A DNA stretch of 15,400 nucleotides from the NCBI RefSeq assembly GCF_006345805.1, contig NW_021825641.1, forward strand, positions 1-15,400. Direction: 5' to 3'. The position numbers and the translations under genes are program-made. Positions 8,238 through 15,400 of the stretch are shown piece by piece; position 1 is the stretch's first letter; each line of letters starts with the position of its first letter. The DNA is from Octopus sinensis (Eukaryota). The notes beneath the pieces were generated by a model. The model worked only from the letters and a program-made list of their open reading frames with translations. It ran no database searches and was not told where the DNA came from.

Positions 8238-9902
8238 TTACTAGATACATCTTAAGTTTTCTTTCTTACACGAAAAATGAAGATGGTATCTCGTAGCACT
8301 GTAATGGTGAACTTTTTTTAATTTATTCAGAAATCCGGTCACTCACAGGGTAGACATGAAGTTTAGTTTTTTAAATAAAAACTCATGCTTAAGATTTTTA
8401 TAACAATATGCCGCAAGGACGTATTTTTTCCCCTAGATTTTATCCCACACTCCACCAAAAACTTGCAGCGTGTTACTTTTAATACAGATATCGCAGATCC
8501 GCCACCACTGTCTTAAAAAGCAAAATCTTTTGTGAGAATATTATTTGCAGGCAGGGCCAGTCAGTACTAAGGAAGTGAGGGGCCAGCTTAGAGAATTGTT
8601 AGTTGGGTTCTCGGTTCTACAAAAGCTGAAGATTGATGTTTTATGCTTTGTGTAGTATGCCAGTCTCAGCCAACAAGCATTGGAGGCTTGAGGTTCCACC
8701 ATTAGCTACTGGAAGCTCATATGAAAGTTTTAAAGTTTTATTTATTGCAAATCAAGATATTTGCTGACATACTGTGTGTGAACAGGCCTTGTGCTTGTTG
8801 AGATAACTGAGTTGATTATGATTCTCTGCTTGTCAGACGCTGTCAATCACTCATTTCGCAGAAAATAAATATCGCAGTTAAACAAGAAGTTTTTCTAAAG
8901 CTATAAGGTAAAACCGTTTGTCGCACGAGAAGCCAAAAAAGAACCCTGTGGATATGTTTGCTTAACGCAAAAAAAGTTTTAATTCACCATAGCGTCCATC
9001 GCTCGAGCGTATGCACAGAGTCCTATTTTGACGCGGGACCCAATTTGAACAGATCTATCCAAATGGCTTAAAACCGGCCCTGTTTGCAGGTACAAGTGTA
9101 AGATTTTTCTACTACTTACCCTTGTCTCTTTGTATGAGAAAACTGTCAATGACCTCATATGAGAAGTTGTGTACCATTCCACTCGTACAAACAATTAATA
9201 AGATGAACACAACTGTTAACTACCATATGTTTAATTTAATAACGAAGTGAATGTAACTTTTAGCTTAGCTTTGCAGTTCCCCTTGGTACAACATTATAAT
9301 CATTCAATATTTCTATGCTGGTTATTAATATACAATTGTAATTTTTATCATGTAAGATATTGTCAGATCTATTATATAATATCAGGTGTTCTGTCTACAT
9401 GCTAAAGTTCTATAGAATTTTTGCATTGTAATTTCCTAAGAGAGCTGGCAGTTCATAATATTTTTTTCTCTTGTTGAACTTGAGCGTCGAGAAATATATA
9501 AAACAGCTTCACGTCGTTTCTATGTCTCCAGATACATTTGTCTGTAGCTAATGTTGAACAACCCGATACAATGCTAATTGTAAAGTGAGGTGAAAACGAA
9601 GTCGTTTTTTCTGTATTTTCTTTCTTTTTTTTTTTTGCTTGGTCAGAATATGAAAAAGAGTTCATATTCTGGAAGAAAAAGGTGTCAACAGCTTGATATG
9701 AAAGCAAAATGCTTGTTACGTCTTAAAATGGAAGAGAATATTCGTATCAAAAATTATGCAATACCGTATCCTCCTTCAATACACAAAGAGCAGCATATGA
9801 TGATGCAAGACAGCTTGCCCAACCTTCTAACACTTACACCAATCTACTGCCTTGGATCGGTATTTCTTTGATCAACTTCAAAAGGAGCCTATGCAGAACT
9901 GA

Positions 9903-9994
9903 TTTCAGTGAGATTTGAACCTAGAGCGCAGCGAATCGGGACAGGTATCAGGAGTCATTCTTTCCAACGCTCTAACTATTCTATCACTTCGCTG
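9903..9994 (-). mobile_element. Old, degenerate tRNA-SINE head
   Basis: Reverse-strand B box GGTTCAAATCT (9911-9921) and a head resembling family B (TAGAATAGTTAGAGCG). Confidence 0.45.
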
Positions 9995-10171
9995 TGGTGT
10001 GTAAACTTCAAAAAGGAGGGAAAAATTAAAATTTAAAAAAAGAAAACGTTCGTACAGGCAAACATAAAACGAACAAGAGCTCAGATGATTAGAATTGCTT
10101 CTGATTTAGACAGAAGGGTAGGGATTTTGTTGGAAAAGTGTTAGTTGCTATTTTCGACTGCCATACTTTAG

Positions 10172-10278
10172 TGGTACTATATTTTAATGACCCTGAAAAG
10201 ATGAAAGGTAAGGTTGATCTCAGCAAGACTTGAACTCAGCACGCAGAGAGTCAGAACAATTTCCGCAAAGCCTTTTCC
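10172..10278 (-). mobile_element. Old, diverged family B-like SINE fragment
   Basis: TGGTACTATATTTTAATGACCCTGAAAAGATGAAAGGTAAGGTTGATCTCAGCAAGACTTGAACTCAG aligns to the family B central module and B box. Confidence 0.65.
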
Positions 10279-10787
10279 CTTTTCGCGGATAATCAACTGC
10301 TTTTAAAAAGTTTATAAAGCATAAACAGCTGCTATATAGTAAGCATTAACTAGTTTAATTTTAATGTTAGTTAGATCAGACATTACAAGCCACTAAAAGT
10401 TCCACTAAAAGGATTCGAACTTGTCGGCTCACAACGTTACTGATTTCACTACACAAGACTGGCCAAATACTCGATTCAAATGTGGTACTAGAAATATTGT
10501 GCGGCAGCTAGTCGTATGTACATTGGAGCACTTCATTTTGTAAGTAAATGCCTAATTGACCGTTTGCATAAGCTTGGATTTTCAGAAAAGAAAAAGAAGT
10601 CAACCAACTGATTCGCACATTACAAATACAATCTGTAAACGTAACAGTAAAACTATGCACGACTTTTCTCAGGTTTAAAATGCGATGTTGGTTTCGTTAT
10701 TAACATTCCAAAGATGGAACTTTGTATCGTTGTCAGAAACCAGCTCCTTTTTCAGAGGGAGAATTTAAATGATTAAAAAGAGAAGAA

Positions 10788-11165
10788 GCAGGAGTGGCAG
10801 TGTGGCAAGTAGCTTGACTACCAGCCACATGATTCCGGGTTCATTCCCACTGCGTGGTACCTTGGGCAAGTGTCTTCTACTATAGCCTCGGGCCGACCAA
10901 AGCCTTGTGAGTGGATTTGGTAGACAGAAACTGAAAGAAGCTTGTCATATATATGTATATATGTATATGTACGTATGTGTTTGTCAACCCAACATCGCTT
11001 GACAACTGATGCTGGTGGGTTTACGTCCCCGTGACTTAGCGGTTCGGCAAAAGAGACCGATAGGCTTACAAAGAATAAGTCCTGGGGTCGATTTGCTCGA
11101 CTAAAGGCGGTGCTCCTGCATGGCCGCAGTTAAATGACTGAAACAAGTAAAAGCGAGTAAAAGAG
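10788..11165 (+). mobile_element. tRNA-derived SINE, family A (CORE-like), full length
   Basis: A-box-like TGGCAGTGTGG (10795-10805), B box GGTTCATTCCC (10838-10848) and TGGTACCTTGGGCAAGTGTCTT resembling the MIR/CORE motif GTGACCTTGGGCAAGT. An internal TA/TG tract and a tail follow. It probably corresponds to a described Octopus SINE (OK/OR-type), but I cannot assign which. Confidence 0.92.
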
Positions 11166-11180
11166 AAAAGAGAGAAGAGG

Positions 11181-11267
11181 TACATACATACATATATATA
11201 CATGCATACATGCATGTATGCATACATACATATATACATGCATACATACATATATACATACATACAT
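11181..11267. repeat. (TACA)n/(TA)n microsatellite
   Basis: Directly visible. Confidence 0.93.
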
Positions 11268-11466
11268 TTTAATTATCGTGGCCCTGGGATATGTAGCACG
11301 CTGCCTAAATACCAATCTTGAGAAATTAGGCTTCACAAATCCACAGAAGAGAAAACTAATTCGAAGACTAAGCCATCACTGCAACTGTAAACATTTGTAA
11401 AACTTTCCAGAACATTATTTACATCATTTACAATTGACGATATTTGTCCTCATCTTGTTCGTTGTT

Positions 11467-11513
11467 AACACAACGTTTCGGCTGATATACCCTCCAAGCC
11501 TTCATCAGGTGTC
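11467..11513 (-). ncRNA. Minimal type I hammerhead ribozyme motif (Penelope-like type), intact core
   Basis: Minus strand: GACAC-CTGATGA-A-GGCT-(13-nt loop)-AGCC-GAAA-CG-T-T-GTGTT. Stem I is GACAC/GTGTT, stem II is GGCT/AGCC, helix III is the palindrome ACGT, and the cleavage triplet is GUU. Confidence 0.8.
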
Positions 11514-11573
11514 TTGGGGAACTTTCGAACCTGGGTTCTCATTCCTAAGGTATTTTTCGATGTTGTTGTGTTG

Positions 11574-11629
11574 TTATTATTATTATTATTATTATTATAT
11601 TATTATTATTATATCATTATTATTATTAT
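11574..11629. repeat. (TTA)n microsatellite
   Basis: Directly visible. Confidence 0.95.
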
Positions 11630-11648
11630 CATGCCTGCATCGAATCCG

Positions 11649-11681
11649 AAGATTCCGAGTTCGATTGCAGGCAGTGACCTG
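11649..11681 (+). mobile_element. tRNA-head fragment (B box) preceding an (AAT)n run
   Basis: AAGATTCCGAGTTCGATTGCAGGCAGTGACCTG contains GAGTTCGATTGC (11657-11668). Confidence 0.55.
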
Positions 11682-11728
11682 AATAATAATAATAATAATA
11701 ATAATATAATAATAATAATAATAATAAT

Positions 11729-11778
<50 letters not shown>

Positions 11779-11795
11779 TGATGATGATGATGATG

Positions 11796-11843
<48 letters not shown>
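11682..11843. repeat. (AAT)n microsatellite with an internal (GAT)n block
   Basis: Directly visible. Confidence 0.96.
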
Positions 11844-11926
11844 GTACTTATCCTATCGGCCTCTTTTGCCAAGCCGCTAAGTTACGGTTGTCAAGCGATG
11901 GCGTGGGCACAAACAGAGACACACAC

Positions 11927-11962
<36 letters not shown>

Positions 11963-12122
11963 CGACGGGTTTCTTTCAGTTTCCGTCAACCAAATCCACT
12001 CAGAAGTCTTTGCTCGGCCCGAGATTACAGTAGAAGTCACTTGCCCAAGGTGCCACGCAGTGGGACTGAACCCAGAACCATGTGGTTGAGAAGCAAGCTT
12101 CTTACCACACCCCCCGCCTGCG
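11842..12122 (-). mobile_element. SINE family A, 3'-truncated, internal (TG)n, 23-bp internal deletion
   Basis: AGTCACTTGCCCAAGGTGCCACGCAGTGGGACTGAACCC is the reverse complement of the CORE-like motif and B box. The copy is colinear with 411-798 and stops at TAGTACTTATCCTATCGG. Confidence 0.9.

Positions 12123-12124
<2 letters not shown>

Positions 12125-12204
<80 letters not shown>
12125..12204. repeat. Perfect (TA)40 microsatellite
   Basis: Directly visible. Confidence 0.97.
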
Positions 12205-12216
<12 letters not shown>

Positions 12217-12434
12217 TACATGAATATGTATATGTATAAATATATTTATATACACACATATATGCATGCATATATACATACAATACATAATACATACATA
12301 CATACATACGTACATAAACGGTGTGTGGAAAAATTTAGTGTATGAAAGGCTGTGTATATACCTTCCTCTCTCGGTATCTTTCTTACTGCATATAAGTGTT
12401 GATGTGTCTATACACACAAATACACACACACATA

Positions 12435-12472
<38 letters not shown>

Positions 12473-12563
12473 TGTAACCACATGCACACACATACAAGCA
12501 TTAGCTTCAGAGAATATACTGTTTCACATATATACATTTGTGCATAAATTTACTCATATATAT

Positions 12564-12606
<43 letters not shown>

Positions 12607-12635
12607 TATATATATAATATATATATATATACACA
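12205..12635. repeat. Compound AC/TACA/TA low-complexity region
   Basis: Several AC, TACA and TA tracts with short unique spacers. Confidence 0.85.
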
Positions 12636-12835
12636 CTCGGTGATATGTCGACCGTCCAGTTTTTGCCGACGTCCGAACAATAGAATGAGTCAAGTAACAA
12701 TTGACTGTCCTGACACGGTGGCAGTCTATTATGGATCGACCTTTGGAACTGGTCAATTGACCTCTTGAAGGAGGACAAAGAGGAAGGAGAGAGTAAGAAA
12801 GGTAAGAAGAGTCGCTTGGGAAAATAGATGAAGCG

Positions 12836-13017
12836 TACATGTGTGTGTATGTGTGTGTGTATACATATATGTATGTGTGTGTATATAGATATGTATGTAT
12901 ATATGTATGTGTGTGTATATATATATATGTATATATGTATATAATTATATGCATATATATGTATGTGTATGTGTCTGTATATATATGTATATATATATAT
13001 ACACACACACACACGCA

Positions 13018-13061
<44 letters not shown>

Positions 13062-13094
13062 CATACACATACACACAGATACACAGACACACAG

Positions 13095-13125
<31 letters not shown>

Positions 13126-13186
13126 CGTATCCACACAAATGTACGTGTATGTGTATGTGTGTGTGTGTATGTGTGTATGTGTGTGT
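12836..13186. repeat. About 350-bp alternating purine-pyrimidine TG/TA/AC tract
   Basis: Directly visible. Confidence 0.95.
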
Positions 13187-13268
13187 AAATTTGTATCTAA
13201 AAGCTTTGTTCGTACACCTCAGCAACATGTCATCAAGCGTAAAAAGTGCCAAAGAGAAAGAGTAATAA

Positions 13269-13374
13269 AAAAAAGAGAATAATAACAATAACAAAAACAT
13301 TGAAAGCAACAACGCTAATAACAACAACAACAACAGCAACAACAACAACAACAATAATAATAATAATAATAATA

Positions 13375-13405
<31 letters not shown>

Positions 13406-13426
13406 AGTAATAATAATAATAATAAA
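13269..13426. repeat. Compound (AAC)n/(AAT)n microsatellite
   Basis: Directly visible. Confidence 0.95.
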
Positions 13427-14014
13427 ATGTGGTACAGTAAAAATATGGTGAAGAATCGATGAAAAATTTGACTTAAGGGATCCTGTTCTGAAAGGTCACA
13501 CATGTATATTAAAAGGAGAGAAATGACTCTCTCATCCACTTTTTTCTTCTATTTTATTTTCCTATTATTATATAAATAAATATCAGGCATTTTCTAAATC
13601 AGGTGTTTCCATACGTTTGAAAAATGCTGACCCCATCAAAGGCTTATTCAAACTTTATCGATTCGCAATCATGTATGTAGTATATATGTAGTATGACCAT
13701 CATGGAATTTTGTGGAGTTAAATCAAAAGTTTTACGCAATATGTGTAGTTATGGAAGCCATTTATTATCAATAACATATTTTAAGTAACAGTAAAGTTGT
13801 ATGGCATTGAAAAAGCTAACAAATATACTATTTTTATCAACGATAAGGTACCAGATACGAATGTTTCAAATGTTAGCGCCATCCTTTGTTAGAAATCAAA
13901 GGGAGATAAGTTACTTTAAATTGTAGTCCAGTATTTTTCAAACACTTCTTTTTCTTTTTGTTTATGGACCTATTTTATATTTATTTAACTCTGATATAAA
14001 AAAAAAGGAAAAAT

Positions 14015-14200
14015 AGGCGTGGCTGTGTGGTAAGAAAGCTTGCTTCCCAACAACATGTTTCCGGGTTCAATCTCACTGCGGTTTGGGCAAATGTTTTCTA
14101 CTATAGCTTCGAGCCGCCCAAAGCCTTGTGAGCGGATTTGGTAGACAGAAACTGAAAGAAGCCCGTCGTATATACATACATACATATATATATATATATA
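14015..14200 (+). mobile_element. SINE family A 5' half (head plus CORE-like domain) ending in the internal TA tract
   Basis: TGGCTGTGTGG A box, GGGTTCAATCT B box, and GTAGACAGAAACTGAAAGAAGCCCGTCGTATATAC as in the other A copies. The A tail is absent. Confidence 0.88.
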
Positions 14201-14218
14201 TCTATGTTTATTTATTTA

Positions 14219-14365
14219 TTTTCTCTCCTTGTTTCTTTCTATGTTCCTTTAGGTGGAAGAGCATAGGCTCGAAACGTTAAAGACTTTTTCACTTCCCGAG
14301 CGTTATACTAATACATCTGTTTGTTGTCTACACCAACTCTCTTCGCTTTTTGTTTTTTGTGAATT
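14219..14365 (+). mobile_element. Short Penelope-like (retrozyme-like) element fragment, boundaries approximate
   Basis: Shares landmarks with 5117-5332 (TCTCCTTGTTTC, GAAGAGC..GCTCGAAACGTTAA, TTCC(C/T)GAGCGT). Confidence 0.5.
14247..14282 (+). ncRNA. Degenerate hammerhead motif (stems intact, core decayed)
   Basis: CTTT-AGGTGGA-A-GAGC-ATAG-GCTC-GAAA-CG-T-T-AAAG. Stem I CTTT/AAAG and stem II GAGC/GCTC pair, but AGGTGGA replaces CUGANGA. Confidence 0.5.
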
Positions 14366-14925
14366 CTCCCCCCCCCCCATATATATGTATGAAAATGAAA
14401 ATTGCATTAAATACTACAAAATGTACAGGTAGGACAGACACTGATGGACCGTAATTGTTCATCAGTTATCGACCGAAAAATACTAATACTCAGTTTCGTG
14501 CCTTTAACGATAAAACTGAGAACTCCGTATATCAGCGGCACCCGCAAGATTTGCGTAAAATTAGGGCTCGTGCAAACAAGACAATACAGGGTGGATGTAC
14601 GAAAGTAAACTAATGTAATTTGCAACGATAGACGAAGACCCAATAGATAAAGCCTTTCGGCCAAACACCAGGATGATGGATTAACGCCTGAAAGAAATCC
14701 TCAAATAGATATAAAAGAAGAAGAGGATTAGTAAGAGAGCAGAAAATGTTGACCGGCATGCTAGGTGTCCGGTAGCGAAAAGGCTGAGATGGGAAAATTA
14801 GTCACGGGTCACATGTGGGCAGTAGATAAAGGTGTGAGAAGATGAGAGAGAGATGAGAGAGGAAGGAGGGATGCCAGAAAAGAAATATTAGGACGAGAGA
14901 AAGAATGAAAGAGAGATAGAGTCAC

Positions 14926-14994
14926 ATATATATATGCGTGTGTGTATGTGTGTGTGTGTGTGTGTGTGGTGTGTGTGGTGTGTGTGTGTGTGTG

Positions 14995-15027
<33 letters not shown>
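14926..15027. repeat. (TA)n/(TG)n microsatellite
   Basis: Directly visible. Confidence 0.96.
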
Positions 15028-15248
15028 ATTTGTGTCTGTATTTGCCAACCCCTCCCCGCTATCGTTTGACAACCGATGTTGGTGTTTACGTTCCCGTAAC
15101 ATTAGCGGTTCGGTAAAAGAAACCGATAGAATAAGTACAGGCTTACAAAGAATAAGTTCTGGGGTAGATTTCTTCGACTAAAACCCTTGAAGGTGGTGCT
15201 CCAGCATAGCCGTAGTCAGATGACTGAAACAAATAAGAGAATAAAAGA
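15028..15248 (+). mobile_element. SINE family A 3' half (tail only)
   Basis: CGCTATCGTTTGACAACCGATGTTGGTGTTTACGTTCCCGTAAC..GGTGGTGCTCCAGCATAGCCGTAGTCAGATGACTGAAAC matches the family A tail. Confidence 0.9.
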
Positions 15249-15273
15249 ATTATATTTTTATAATTGTATACTG

Positions 15274-15400
15274 TGGAGGCGCAATGGCCCAGTGGTTAGG
15301 GCTGCGGACTTGCGGTCGGAGAGTCGCGGTCCCGATTCCCAGACCGGGCGTTATGTGTGTTTATTGAGCGAAAACACCTAAAAGCTCCACAAGGCTCCGA
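15274..15400 (+). mobile_element. SINE family C head, cut by the window edge
   Basis: TGGAGGCGCAATGGCCCAGTGGTTAGGGC..CCCAGACCGGGCGTTATGTGTGTTTATTGAGCGAAAACACCTAAAAGCTCC is highly similar to 2325-2440. Confidence 0.9.

Larger units (their letters stand above)
11399..11644 (-). mobile_element. Candidate hammerhead-carrying SINE-like element (B-box relic, trinucleotide spacer, ribozyme body), boundaries approximate
   Basis: The minus strand reads TTCGATGCAGGCA (partial B box), (AAT)n, AACATCGAAAAATACCTTAGGAATGAGAACCCAGG..., the hammerhead motif, and then the first T4 run at 11399-11402. Confidence 0.55.

Noticed and set aside
12751-12762. Perfect palindrome GGTCAATTGACC resembling a nuclear-receptor response element
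   Set aside because: A single 12-bp palindrome with non-canonical spacing, and no supporting promoter context.
11514-13539. Many overlapping ORFs rich in I/Y/V/C/H/T/L/N runs
   Set aside because: All derive from TA, TG, AAT or AAC microsatellites. The same applies to ORFs at 55-240, 1588-1869, 3986-4425, 5651-6058, 7862-8110, 11066-11400 and 14809-15181.

Overview
AT-rich eukaryotic non-coding DNA (intronic or intergenic) with no supportable host exon. It is dense in microsatellites and tRNA-derived SINEs, and the repeat make-up points to an octopus/cephalopod genome (my inference from recalled repeat families; not database-checked). About 20 copies or fragments of at least four Pol III SINE families are present (working labels A, B, C, F). 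There is also a 5'-truncated, decayed L1/Tx1-type LINE (about 6514-7950, with a zf-RVT CCHC knuckle) and a perfect 760-bp (ACACACCC)95 array. The most notable signal is three minimal type I hammerhead-ribozyme motifs of the Penelope-like kind, each with different, self-complementary stems. The one at 11467-11513 (minus strand) has an intact catalytic core and lies downstream of a tRNA B-box relic and a trinucleotide spacer, suggesting a ribozyme-carrying SINE. Other observations are SINE tail swapping, a module shared between SINE families, fold-back inversions and microhomology-bounded deletions. Almost all long ORFs in the supplied track are microsatellite translation artefacts.
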